From assembly GCF_000008665.1 (NCBI RefSeq), contig NC_000917.1, positions 960,001 through 992,000 of the forward strand: a stretch of 32,000 nt of DNA, written 5' to 3'. The notes below the pieces were generated by a model. It was not told the origin of the DNA, did not search any database, and worked only from the letters and a program-made list of their open reading frames with translations. A program made the translations under genes and the position numbers. Below, one piece after another: positions 8,515 through 18,715 of this stretch. How positions within the stretch are numbered: position 1 is the first letter of the stretch; each line of letters opens with the position of its first letter. This DNA comes from Archaeoglobus fulgidus DSM 4304. Its GTDB lineage: Archaea > Halobacteriota > Archaeoglobi > Archaeoglobales > Archaeoglobaceae.

Positions 8515-10380
8515 TTAAGGGGATTCGGTAACCCCACCATAACCCACGTAAAGAATCCTGTCCGGAGAGAGAGCGTTTATAACCTCCTTTCTGTGAGTTA
8601 CCGCAATCAGAGTTATCTTCGCCTCCCTTGCGAGCTCTGATATTTTTCTCGCCACCCTCACGGCCGTCATCTCATCCAGATGGGCGGCAAACTCGTCCAC
8701 AAGCATCAGGCTCGGTTTTTTGGCCAGACAGGCTGCGAGCTTGAACCTCTCCTTCTGCCCTGTTGAGAGCTCGTTGAACCTTGCTCTGTAGAGAACCGCG
8801 TCAGAGATTCCCGCCCTGTTCAGAACCTCCACTGCCAGATGAATATCTCCGGTTATGTCAAATATCTGCTCCAGAATACTTTTCTCGGTTATCTGCGGTT
8901 CGAGTTCGGACGGTATCATCGCAGCTATGCTGTCCACCACAACCTCCACCATCCCGCTGCTCGGCTTATACACATCATCGTCCAATTTCAAAGCCTCTCC
9001 TACAATCAACCTCAGAAAGGTGGTTTTTCCAGAACCGCTAGCACCGACGACGGCAACAATCTCTCCGGGTTTTATCTCCAGATTCACATCCCTCAGAACA
9101 TATCTTTCCACCACCCTCTGCCTGACTCCGAAGGACTCAAGGACGGTTCTTACTTCATCGCTAACCTTCTCCAGATCAAGGGTGCTTGCAAAGAGCTTCG
9201 AGACATTCCTGAATTTTAATTTCTCAAGAGGTTTAACGCTGCCGTATCTTGAAACACACAGTTTTCCCCCGTGGCCTCTCGCAACCTCGTCCTCCTCCAG
9301 AAACTTCCTTATGTACCTCTCAGCCTCTTCGCTAAGTGGCTTGTACAGAACCGGTTTTCCTGAAGCCGTATCCCATAGGTAGTAAAATCCAGCCTTCTCG
9401 AAGAAGGGGTTGAACCTGGCCATCTGGGCAATTGTTTCGACGAGGTGCTTTCTCATCCTCATCTCAGGGACTCTTCTTTCCTCAATCCACTCAACTGCAG
9501 TCCTGACTGCAAGAATTCCCAGCCCATCCGCTCTGTAGTCGGGATGAACAACGACCCTCGCAATTCTCGATGCTGCTGAGTTGCACTTCTTCATTGCCTC
9601 CTCGCTTGCCTCCTCCCATAGCCTGTGTCTCGCAACCTTTAGCGAGAAGCGGCTTCTTAATTTCCTGAACAATTCCGAAAGCTCTTTTTCTGGGGAGAAG
9701 ACGTTTTCAAACCACTCTTTGGGGAAAACCCTTTCTCTGATGTTTTCCACAATCTTTCCGTCAAGTTTTCTGTGCATCAGCGGCACAGGAGGGTCAACTC
9801 GGACGTACGCAACAACCTCAGGCTCGAATGGCTGTCTTTCGACGAGCTCGAAGATCAAAAATCGCGAAGCTGGAGTGGAGCCCTTTATCTCGACAATGTG
9901 CACATTCCTGCTTCCGCACTCGCAAACGGGCTTCGTGTTTGCCTCGATGAGGTTACCGCAGTCATAGCACTTCCACAGCGCAACCTTGCTTTTCTGGCTT
10001 GCGTAATGGTACTGCTCAAGCTCCGCGATCCTCTCAAAGTCCTTTTCGTAAACAGCCTCTCTCGCCCTGATTCGGTATCTGTAAACCTCCTTTCCGAAGC
10101 TGTATCGCGGAAGTTCCAGATTTCTTGAAAAAACGTCCCAGACCTTGATCCTCTCACTCCCGTAAAACTTGTACAGCTCGTAATCTGCGAAAAACAGTAT
10201 TTTTCTCCCGTAGATTTCCTTCGGCTCGTTTTTAATTACAACCTCAACAACATCACCTTCAAAGAGCCAGGCAGCGATGCCGGACATGTAAAGCGTCAAA
10301 CCGTTGTCGAGCTCAACCGCTCCAAACCACCTGTGCCGGTGCTTGGGCAACTCGTGAGATACTACTTTTGCGATCATCAA
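8515..10380 (-). CDS. fusion protein: N-terminal domain + Zn-ribbon + GNAT acetyltransferase-like domain + C-terminal ABC-type ATPase (COG2401-type); function unknown
   Basis: 621 aa. CxxC...CxC (CYDCGNLIEANTKPVCECGS). GNAT-like core RIARVVVHPDYRADGLGILAVRTAVEW. Walker A GASGSGKTT. ABC signature LSTGQKERF. Walker B LMLVDEFAAHLD. H-loop VTHR. No permease or substrate-binding gene is nearby. Confidence 0.8.
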   Translation of the reverse strand: MMIAKVVSHELPKHRHRWFGAVELDNGLTLYMSGIAAWLFEGDVVEVVIKNEPKEIYGRKILFFADYELYKFYGSERIKVWDVFSRNLELPRYSFGKEVYRYRIRAREAVYEKDFERIAELEQYHYASQKSKVALWKCYDCGNLIEANTKPVCECGSRNVHIVEIKGSTPASRFLIFELVERQPFEPEVVAYVRVDPPVPLMHRKLDGKIVENIRERVFPKEWFENVFSPEKELSELFRKLRSRFSLKVARHRLWEEASEEAMKKCNSAASRIARVVVHPDYRADGLGILAVRTAVEWIEERRVPEMRMRKHLVETIAQMARFNPFFEKAGFYYLWDTASGKPVLYKPLSEEAERYIRKFLEEDEVARGHGGKLCVSRYGSVKPLEKLKFRNVSKLFASTLDLEKVSDEVRTVLESFGVRQRVVERYVLRDVNLEIKPGEIVAVVGASGSGKTTFLRLIVGEALKLDDDVYKPSSGMVEVVVDSIAAMIPSELEPQITEKSILEQIFDITGDIHLAVEVLNRAGISDAVLYRARFNELSTGQKERFKLAACLAKKPSLMLVDEFAAHLDEMTAVRVARKISELAREAKITLIAVTHRKEVINALSPDRILYVGYGGVTESP

Positions 10381-10413
10381 AAGTTATTTTTCCCTCCAAG
10401 TTATACAATTTTC
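10381..10413. promoter_or_regulatory. 33-bp divergent intergenic region with two crossed TATA-like boxes (leaderless bidirectional promoter)
   Basis: aagTTATTTTTccctccaagTTATACAAttttc. TTATTTTT (10384..10391) is 23-30 nt upstream of the + strand GTG at 10414. TTGTATAA on the minus strand (10401..10408) is 21-28 nt upstream of the minus-strand ATG at 10380. Confidence 0.45.
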
Positions 10414-10755
10414 GTGAGAGGTCTGATTGTGAGAGAGCCCTTTGCATCCATGATAGTGAGGGGAGAAAAAAAATGGGAGATTAGGAAGACAAACACGAAC
10501 ATAAGGGGGGAGGTAATCATTCTGAGCCAGGGGTATGCGCTGGGAAAGGCCAAGCTCGCTGACGTTCTCGGGCCGTTTACCGTTGAGGAGCTTCTGGAGT
10601 TTAAGGATTACCACAGAGCGGACGAGGACTTTCTCAGAAGCTACTCAGGCGGAAAAAAACTATATGCCTGGGTTTTCGAGGAGCCAGAAGAGTTTGAGAA
10701 GAAGGTAAGGGTTAAAATACCTCGCGGAGCGCAAGTCTGGGTTAAGATTGACTGA
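10414..10755 (+). CDS. ASCH-domain (PUA-like beta-barrel) protein
   Basis: (V)RGLIVREPFASMIVRGEKKWEIRKTNTNIRGEVIILSQG...AWVFEEPEEFEKKVRVKIPRGAQVWVKI matches the ASCH pattern (L.I.QPWA..I..G.K..E.R). A GTG start at 10414 is needed to retain the first beta-strand. The track start at 10333 would overlap the divergent gene. Confidence 0.7.
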   Translation: MRGLIVREPFASMIVRGEKKWEIRKTNTNIRGEVIILSQGYALGKAKLADVLGPFTVEELLEFKDYHRADEDFLRSYSGGKKLYAWVFEEPEEFEKKVRVKIPRGAQVWVKID

Positions 10756-11811
<1,056 letters not shown>

Positions 11812-12043
11812 ATTTTTCCTATTTTATTTTAGGTTAAATGAGCATCTCCTAGTTCTCCCCCGATTTTAAAGAAATCTCCCTGAATCTCTTAATTCTGGCG
11901 CATTCTCCCTGCCTTCCTGGAAGAGTTCTTTTGATTATTGGTCTATCATGTAGTGGGATAATGCACTTAGCAGATATAGCAGAAAATTTAATATAACTCC
12001 CATCCTGTTTCTCATCACAAAAACAAAAAGGGGGTCGAGAAAA

Positions 12044-12313
12044 ATGGCAGAGAATTCGGTGTTTGTTGGGAACAAGCCTGTGATGAATTACGTGCTGGCC
12101 GTGTTGACGCAGTTCAACAGTGGAGCGACGGAGGTTTCAATTAAGGCGAGAGGTAGGGCAATCAGCAGGGCTGTTGACGTAGCAGAGATTGTCAGGAAGC
12201 GCTTCCTGCCAGACGTGGATGTGAAGGACATTAAAATTTCAACCGAGCAGATTGACAGCGAGCAGGGAACCGCGAACGTTTCGGCTATCGAGATTATCCT
12301 CGCCAAGAAGTAA
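12044..12313 (+). CDS. albA: chromatin/RNA-binding protein Alba (Sso10b family)
   Basis: 89 aa: [51 protein letters not shown]...[14 protein letters not shown] Shine-Dalgarno; TTTAATATAA box about 60 nt upstream. Confidence 0.95.
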   Translation: MAENSVFVGNKPVMNYVLAVLTQFNSGATEVSIKARGRAISRAVDVAEIVRKRFLPDVDVKDIKISTEQIDSEQGTANVSAIEIILAKK

Positions 12314-12328
12314 ACTTTTTTCTTTTTC

Positions 12329-12766
12329 ATGTTTAAAATTTTTGCACATGGTCACAAAAACATCAGGGCGACTCACAGAACGACCTTTGAGATAACGAAA
12401 AGTGAGCACTTAACGCCGAGAGGAGACTGCATAATCGGCGTTGGTGCGGATAAGGGGCTTCCAGACATTCCCGAAAGTTTTAAGCAGCTCCTCAAAAAGG
12501 GCCATTTTTTCGAAGTTGAGCTTCTTTTGCCTGACTATGGGCTGTCTGAAAAGGTCGTGGGTAGGGGAGATGCCAGCCTTACGCTCAGCCATCCGGAGGA
12601 CATTGTTGTGAGAAAAAGCAACTACACATGCCCCAGAACTCTTCTCGTTAAGGCAAACAAGGCTGCTGCAGACTTAAGCAGAGAAATGGTTGAATACTTA
12701 AAGGAAAAAAATACTGAGCTCGTTTTCACGCTTCGGCCTTTGAAGGCTGCGGAAATGCGAGACTGA
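12329..12766 (+). CDS. DUF371-family protein
   Basis: FKIFAHGHKNIRATHRTTFEITKSEHLTPRGDCIIGVGADKG is the characteristic DUF371 N-terminus (from memory). The 3' end overlaps the convergent transporter gene by 41 nt. Confidence 0.65.
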   Translation: MFKIFAHGHKNIRATHRTTFEITKSEHLTPRGDCIIGVGADKGLPDIPESFKQLLKKGHFFEVELLLPDYGLSEKVVGRGDASLTLSHPEDIVVRKSNYTCPRTLLVKANKAAADLSREMVEYLKEKNTELVFTLRPLKAAEMRD

Positions 12767-14201
12767 AGGCTGCAAACACCGCAATCGAGACCAGCAGCCC
12801 GGGCACAACGGGGTAAATCCAGTAAACCTTGTAGTAGTAGAAGTACCATAGAACGCTTGCAAGCACAGCAGCAACCATAGAGGCTGAGATTGCAGCTGAA
12901 TTGGGCTTTTCGCTGTAAAGGCAGGCAATCAGCGGAACGAGGAAAGCTGAGGTGATAACGGAAAAGCTCACACCTACAATCTCGACAATAACCCCCATGG
13001 GGTTGATTGCAAAGATTACAGGGATGGTTGCGAAGATGAATACCGCAAACCTCGTCAGGTTTAACGCGGTTCTCTCCTCTATCTTTTTGACATTCTGAAC
13101 CAAGTCCCTGACAAACGCGGTGGCAACCAAGTGGATCAAGGAGTTTATCGTGGACATCGCGGCAGCAATTATCGCCGTGAGGAGCAGTGCGTTGATGCCT
13201 GCTGGAAACAGCTTCATCGCTATGAAGGGCACCACCAGATCGACGTCTTTGAGAAATTGAGTGACATCATCGGTGTACTTTGGTATAACCAACCAGCCGA
13301 AGGGGCCGATGCTGAAAACGCAGATGGCAAAAATACCAATAATCAGAGGTGTCAAAATCATCCCGTTCGCGATTACTCTGCTGTCTCTCGCTGCCACAAA
13401 CCTTACAACAAGCTGGGGACTTGCGAGCTGGGCGACGCTAATGGCGAAGGTCAGGCTGAGGACAAAGGGCACAATCATCCCTGCCTTAACTATTGGCGGT
13501 GGGCCAACTTTTCCGATTTCAAATAAGGCTTTTCCGACCATCTCTCCGAAAATCTTTGCATTGCTCAGAGCCTCAATTGCGGAGCTGAAACCTCCAAGTG
13601 AGTAAATTAAGGTAAGGAACAGAGCAACGCCACCAATTAGAACGATTACCCCCTGAATGAGGTCGGTCATCACAACAGCTCTGAATCCGCCGATCGCAGT
13701 GTAAACCATCACGATTACAGCCGTTATCACCAAACCGGTGGTGTAATCCATTGAAAGCATCACCTGCAGGAGATTTCCGGCACCTTTGTAAATCGAGACC
13801 ATGTAGAGCTCAAAGAAAAATATGATAACCACCGCCGCCACAATCTGGCTGAAAACACCTGCTCTTTTTCTGAAAAGCTCAGGAATCGTTAGAGCCCCAT
13901 ACTCATCAGCAATTCTCTTCATCGGTGGGGCTATCACCATCCACGCAAGAATTGCGAAGAGAACGTGGAAAAAGGTTAGGAACGCGGACCACTGAAAGCC
14001 CAGCAGGAAACCCGTCCCCCCTCCTCCCAGAAAGGCGGCCGTGCTGAAGTAAGTGGCGAAGAAGGAGAAGCTAACGACCAGCGTTCCAAGCTTTTTACCT
14101 GCAAGGTAGTAATCCAGCAATCCCCTCGTTTTGCGGTATTCGTAAATCCCAATAAGAAGGACTACGGCAAGGTAGCCAATCAGCACAGCTTCAATAATCA
14201 T
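12726..14201 (-). CDS. sodium:solute symporter family (SSS, PutP/PanF-like) transporter
   Basis: 491 aa with about 13 hydrophobic segments. YYLAGKKLG...FATYFSTAAFLGGGG N-terminal SSS pattern. Confidence 0.85.
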   Translation of the reverse strand: MIIEAVLIGYLAVVLLIGIYEYRKTRGLLDYYLAGKKLGTLVVSFSFFATYFSTAAFLGGGGTGFLLGFQWSAFLTFFHVLFAILAWMVIAPPMKRIADEYGALTIPELFRKRAGVFSQIVAAVVIIFFFELYMVSIYKGAGNLLQVMLSMDYTTGLVITAVIVMVYTAIGGFRAVVMTDLIQGVIVLIGGVALFLTLIYSLGGFSSAIEALSNAKIFGEMVGKALFEIGKVGPPPIVKAGMIVPFVLSLTFAISVAQLASPQLVVRFVAARDSRVIANGMILTPLIIGIFAICVFSIGPFGWLVIPKYTDDVTQFLKDVDLVVPFIAMKLFPAGINALLLTAIIAAAMSTINSLIHLVATAFVRDLVQNVKKIEERTALNLTRFAVFIFATIPVIFAINPMGVIVEIVGVSFSVITSAFLVPLIACLYSEKPNSAAISASMVAAVLASVLWYFYYYKVYWIYPVVPGLLVSIAVFAAFSLAFPQPSKAEA

Positions 14202-14287
14202 GCCATCCTCCTCGCCTTGAACAGTGCCACGGCAAATCCAAACACCATCAGGCCAATAGAGGCCGCATAAACAGTTGCAATAACCAT
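14198..14287 (-). CDS. 29-aa single-helix membrane peptide translationally coupled to the symporter
   Basis: MVIATVYAASIGLMVFGFAVALFKARRMA*. Its TGA overlaps the symporter ATG (ATGA). It starts 5 nt after the paaK-like stop. Analogous to the small DUF-type subunits encoded in front of some bacterial SSS genes. Below the ORF-track cut-off. Confidence 0.5.
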   Translation of the reverse strand: MVIATVYAASIGLMVFGFAVALFKARRMA

Positions 14288-14291
14288 TTTT

Positions 14292-15533
14292 TCACCCCCT
14301 GAAGAGCCTTTTTGCCTTACCCTCAAACCTCTCAAGTGATCCGGGCTGCACGACCTCAATCCTCGGACTGAACCCCAGGAACTCCTTTATGTCCTTTATA
14401 ACCTTCCTCGCAAGTCCGTTTTCACCCTCGAAAATCACCCTTATCCCCTCACCAACCTCAATTCTGTAGTGCCTCACTCCATAGGATGCGAGAATCTGCT
14501 CCACGTCGCTCGGGTAGAACTTAACTCCCTTGTAAATCACCATGTCGTCCGTTCTGCCTCTTATCCTCTTTATCGTCATGTGCTCAATGCCGCATTCACA
14601 CTTCTCCCTCGAAACTACAGCAGAGACCTCACCGCTGCGATACCTTATGAGGGGCATCGCCTCCCTGTTGAGGGACGTGTAAACTATCTCGCCCTCCTCT
14701 CCATCCTCCAAAACTTCACCCGTTTCCGGGTCAACTATTTCGACGATGTAGTTGTCCTCCCATATGTGCAGGCCGTTTCTGCTGGGACACTCAAAGCCAA
14801 CAGTCCCAACACCCCCCATCTCCGTCAGGCCGGGGATGTCAAAGGCTTTGCAGTTGAAAGTTTTCTCAATCTGCCTCCTCATCTCCTCGCTCCATGGCTC
14901 AGCACCAAGCAGCATCTTCTGGACAGGCAGCTCTGCTGGCTCGTAGCCCATCTCCTCAGCAACCTCTGCAATTCTCAGAGGATAGCTTGCAGTGGCACAA
15001 AGCACAGTCGTGCCGAAGTCGACCATGAATCTGACCTGATTTCTCGTGTTTCCCGCGCCAATTGGTATTACGAAAGCATCTATTGCGTCAGCGGCAAAGT
15101 GGAAGCCAAAACCACCGTTCCACAGTCCGAAGGCGGGCGTAATCTGAATTACGTCCTTTGAGGTTATTCCCGCAAGGTAGAAGTCCCTTAGAAGCATCTC
15201 CTTCCACTGCTCCACATCGTGGCGGGTGTAGGGGATGATTACAGGCTGGCCCGTCGTTCCTCCGCTCATCTGAATTCTGACGATCTTCTCCTTTTCAACG
15301 CAGGCCATTTTGAGCGGATAGCTCTCGCGGAGATTCTGCTTTGTGGTGAAGGGGAGCTTTGCTATGTCAGCGGGCTCCTTTATAGAGTCGATGTCTACAC
15401 CGCTCTCCTTGAAAAGCCTCCTGTAAAATGGCGAGTTATCGTAAACATACTTTAAAGTGCTTCTGAATCTTTTTCGCTTGATTTCATCAATCTTGTCCCG
15501 TGAGAGGTATATATCCCTTGCGACATCTTTCAT
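14292..15533 (-). CDS. phenylacetate-CoA ligase family adenylating enzyme (PaaK-like; also annotated as coenzyme F390 synthetase in archaea)
   Basis: 413 aa. FRSTLKYVYDNSPFYRRLFKESGVD...LPFTTKQNLRESYP...RIQMSGGTTGQPV...YTRHDVEQW is the PaaK N-terminal and AMP-binding pattern. Confidence 0.85.
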   Translation of the reverse strand: MKDVARDIYLSRDKIDEIKRKRFRSTLKYVYDNSPFYRRLFKESGVDIDSIKEPADIAKLPFTTKQNLRESYPLKMACVEKEKIVRIQMSGGTTGQPVIIPYTRHDVEQWKEMLLRDFYLAGITSKDVIQITPAFGLWNGGFGFHFAADAIDAFVIPIGAGNTRNQVRFMVDFGTTVLCATASYPLRIAEVAEEMGYEPAELPVQKMLLGAEPWSEEMRRQIEKTFNCKAFDIPGLTEMGGVGTVGFECPSRNGLHIWEDNYIVEIVDPETGEVLEDGEEGEIVYTSLNREAMPLIRYRSGEVSAVVSREKCECGIEHMTIKRIRGRTDDMVIYKGVKFYPSDVEQILASYGVRHYRIEVGEGIRVIFEGENGLARKVIKDIKEFLGFSPRIEVVQPGSLERFEGKAKRLFRG

Positions 15534-15628
15534 GTTAGAAAAGACAGGAGTGTTGATTTAAAAAACTTTCCCTTGATTTAGGTTAATACCTTTTTCGTAG
15601 GATTTATCGCAAAATATGGGATAAGCAC

Positions 15629-15907
15629 GTGAGGAAGCTAAGGAACAAGGACATACTCAAGGTTCTGAGAGAGATTGCTGAGTATGGCATTCCTGAAGAG
15701 ATTCTTACCGACCACGGAACTCAGTTTGTGGCTGCGAAAAGCAGAGAGAAGGTTAAGCACATTCTTGCGAGAGTAAGGTTGAGAGAAAGTGAAAAGTTTG
15801 GCTCAGTTGAAGCAGTTGTTGGATGGCATAACGAGATTAAGCCTCATAGAAGTTTGGAGTGGGATGAACTCTGCAATGCTTTCTGGTGCAAGCTTCCCCC
15901 AGATTGA
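15629..15907 (+). mobile_element. remnant of a DDE (rve/integrase-core) transposase gene; truncated
   Basis: EILTDHGTQFVAAKSREK...WHNEIKPHRSLEWD retains the D..G.QF and HN..RPH..L motifs, but the ORF is only 92 codons with an internally collapsed core. It marks the left edge of the AT-rich TA island. Confidence 0.55.
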
Positions 15908-15979
15908 AAGGATGTAAAAATAATTTGGGATACCACAGTATTGGAAAAATGCTAAAACGAAGAGGCAAATAGTTAATGT

Positions 15980-16214
15980 TTATATCTTTTTCAGCAACTC
16001 CAGAAATTCGTTCTTGTCCATTCCAACATCATTTATGATTTCTCTGAGTATGCCCCTTCCAAGCTCTTCACACTGAGGAACAGTACACGACTGTCATCCT
16101 ACCGTCTGGATGCTTGAGAATTACATGGCTCCCCTTTCGCCGAACTATCTCAAAACCGAGTTTGGCTAAAGCCTTTATTACTTTTTCAGCTTTAACCGGT
16201 TTTAACTTCAACAA
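15980..16214 (-). pseudogene. hicA: HicA-family toxin gene, frameshifted
   Basis: A TTG start overlaps the hicB 3' end: (M)LKLKPVKAEKVIKALAKLGFEIVRRKGSHVILKHPDGRMTVVYCSSV* (stop 16068..16070). The canonical C-terminus TVPQCEELGRGILREIINDVGMDKNEFLELLKKI* continues in another frame to 15980. The shift lies near 16075-16085. Confidence 0.65.
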
Positions 16215-16407
16215 CCTGCACCCCGATGAACTCTCCATCTTCTACGTTTTTCTTAACTTCCAAGTAGAGTTCAATCGCCTCTTTCACCCTTTCCATGAGC
16301 TCATCGAGGCTTTTAGCCTGAGTGTGGCAGCCCGGGAGAGAAGGGACTTTCACCACATAGTAACCGTCCTCGTCTTTTTCTATCACAATAGCGAATTTCA
16401 TGAACAA
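16192..16407 (-). CDS. hicB: HicB-family antitoxin (UPF0150)
   Basis: FAIVIEKDEDGYYVVKVPSLPGCHTQAKSLDELMERVKEAIELYLE is the classic HicB N-terminal domain. Confidence 0.8.
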   Translation of the reverse strand: MFMKFAIVIEKDEDGYYVVKVPSLPGCHTQAKSLDELMERVKEAIELYLEVKKNVEDGEFIGVQVVEVKTG

Positions 16408-16553
16408 TTTTAAGTTGTGGAAAGCTAAATAGGTTTCATTTTTGTAAAAATGTTGCTATGATTCGATATTGATCACAATTTGATTTGCTGGATTAGATGG
16501 AAGCAGATAATTTAGCATTGCTGAGTTGTGGAATTGTGAGGCAGCTTAAAAAA

Positions 16554-16981
16554 CTAAATCCCAACAACCTCCAGAAACTCAACCCTCTTAAAGTCTTCAT
16601 CGAAGGTGGCAATCTTTTTGATGCCGAAATGCTTGCAGGTTGCTGCTATTAGCGCATCATTGGGTAAGAGCCCATATGAGTTCATAATTTCAGCGGAAAT
16701 TTTCTCTACTTCTGGAGCGATAGATAAGGTTTGAGCTAAATCCAGAAGGCGCTTTATCTTGGCAAAATCAAATTTTACTGCTTCTTTAACAAATTCGGGG
16801 TTTTTTCTCAACTTCTCTTTTCGGTAACGAGCTTGAGAAAGACGGACACAACCTCACTGTAAACCACAACATTTCGATAAAGCCCTTCTCTGTACAACTC
16901 AATAAACTTATTCTTAGCTTTCTCATCTCCCTCAAGAATCTTCAGAAACACAGAGGAGTCAACAAAAACCCCACTCCTCAA
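16554..16981 (-). pseudogene. vapC: PIN-domain VapC toxin gene, frameshifted at an A6 run
   Basis: A TTG start overlaps the vapB stop: (M)[56 protein letters not shown] (stop 16808..16810). It continues in another frame as (L)RKNPEFVKEAV...[38 protein letters not shown]. The break is at GAGAAAAAACCCC. Confidence 0.7.
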
Positions 16982-17153
16982 GCTCCCTCAAAGCTTTTAG
17001 CGTATCCTTTCCCTTAAGAATCCCAAAGACTTCATCAACAACTTCTTCCACCTTTTCGAGCTTAATTCTCACTCTCTCCCCCTCCTTTAAATCGACCTTC
17101 TGCAGGGGTTTGAAGACTCCGTTTTCGTAGATGGCTTCGATGATTTTTGGCAT
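16959..17153 (-). CDS. vapB: DUF104-family VapB-type antitoxin
   Basis: [33 protein letters not shown]... The N-terminus is shared by 7 paralogues in this window. It overlaps the downstream PIN gene. Confidence 0.8.
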   Translation of the reverse strand: MPKIIEAIYENGVFKPLQKVDLKEGERVRIKLEKVEEVVDEVFGILKGKDTLKALRELEEWGFC

Positions 17154-17170
17154 GTATGTAATTTTTCTCG

Positions 17171-17189
17171 GGATAAGAAAAGGGTTTCG
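17171..17189 (-). promoter_or_regulatory. conserved BRE/TATA-like box of the DUF104 antitoxin promoter (copy 1; 1 nt shorter than the consensus)
   Basis: Coding strand reads CGAAACCCTTTTCTTATCC, 17 nt upstream of ATG 17153. Confidence 0.5.
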
Positions 17190-17246
17190 TTGGTTGATAA
17201 AAGCAAAGTCAAACCTTATACCTTGCTGATTAATTTAAATAATGGT

Positions 17247-17525
17247 TCAATAAACTTTTTCTCTGAAATGAATGCTGTAGATGAAAATGGTCTCGTCCTC
17301 AACGTTTATCTTGAAAATTATTCTTACCTCTCCAACCCTCAGTCTTAAGAAACCATCCCAGACTCCTTTCAACCTTTTTATGTCCATTCTCTGGATTGGT
17401 AAAACTCCACTCTCCAAGGAGTTCACGAGTTCTTGAATTTTGCTCAATAGAATGCTCCTCTTTCCTTCATCGAGCTTTTCAAGAAACTTTATTGCTTTTT
17501 TGTGGTATCTCACTTTCCATGCCAT
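17247..17525 (-). CDS. relE: RelE/ParE-family toxin (apparently intact)
   Basis: 92 aa: ...[43 protein letters not shown]. Overlaps the upstream antitoxin by 16 nt. Confidence 0.75.
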
Positions 17526-17698
17526 TCTTCAAATTCACCTTCGTATTCATCAGGCTTTCCAGCTATCTTATCGATTTCTTCTTGCTCTTCATCGGAAACG
17601 TAAGGAGTAATTTCCATCAAAGCCTTAATCAGGACTTCCTTGAATTTTCTCTCTATGATTTCTTCAAGCTCATCCTTTGAGATTTGAATGACTTCCAT
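17510..17698 (-). CDS. acidic antitoxin partner of RelE-like toxin
   Basis: 62 aa: [62 protein letters not shown]. Assigned by position and overlap. TTTTTAAATTTT box about 30 nt upstream. Confidence 0.6.
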
Positions 17699-17837
17699 GA
17701 ATCCATTTATTTCTGAAAATTTAAAAACTTACCGAAGCTGGCTTCCATGATTTCTGGGATGTTTGTGACGGTTGCTTGACTTGCGCTTCAAGATTTGTAA
17801 CGGAATTGCGAGAAGCATGACATCAAAAACTAAAGCT

Positions 17838-18213
17838 TTAAAGCTTAACAACCTCCAGAAAGTCCACTCTCTTAAAATCCTCATCGAAGGTGGCTATCTT
17901 TTTGATGTCGTAGTGTTTGCATGTGGCGGCGATTAAGGCGTCATTGGGTAAAAGGTCGTATTCTCGAAACACTTCGAGAAAAACGCTTAGTGGTAGCTTT
18001 TCCAAAACTTCTATTTCCACTCCGTCCAATAAATTTGCCACCAATTCAGCAATTTCTCGATTGGTTTTTCTTGTGAGCCTTTTCAAGACAAACAAAGTTT
18101 CCTCAATTACAGAGATGGAGGTTATTAAATCGGAGTCGGCATATTTCACTAATATTGCCTTTGCAGTCTCGGTAAACTCTGTTTCAAAAATCAAGTTTAC
18201 AATGAAGTTCGTA

Positions 18214-18230
<17 letters not shown>
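17838..18230 (-). CDS. vapC: PIN-domain VapC toxin (intact)
   Basis: 130 aa: MRIFLDTNFIV...IEETLFVL...[38 protein letters not shown]. The acidic PIN residues are present. Confidence 0.85.

Positions 18231-18707
<477 letters not shown>

Positions 18708-18715
<8 letters not shown>

Noticed and set aside
8781-10157. Multiple + strand ORFs (86-175 aa) and one nested minus-strand ORF within the GNAT-ABC ATPase gene.
   Set aside because: These are shadow frames of a 621-codon gene with clear Walker, signature and GNAT motifs. None has recognisable motifs or its own start context.
11812-12043. Possible C/D-box sRNA or other ncRNA in the long mer-albA intergenic region (aaTGAGCA ... CTGA).
   Set aside because: The candidate C box deviates from RUGAUGA, I could not find convincing C'/D' boxes or a terminal stem, and the region is adequately explained as the albA promoter and leader. 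No other convincing C/D-box pairs were seen in the intergenic regions I scanned by eye.
12726-12766. 41-nt convergent overlap of the DUF371 and symporter genes as a regulatory antisense feature.
   Set aside because: Convergent 3' overlaps are common in compact archaeal genomes. Nothing in the sequence (no hairpin or motif) suggests more than tight packing.
13131-15455. Antisense ORFs inside the symporter and paaK-like genes (for example 14469..15161 +, 230 aa).
   Set aside because: They are long only because the sense genes are long. The translations lack motifs, and the sense frames have strong family signatures.
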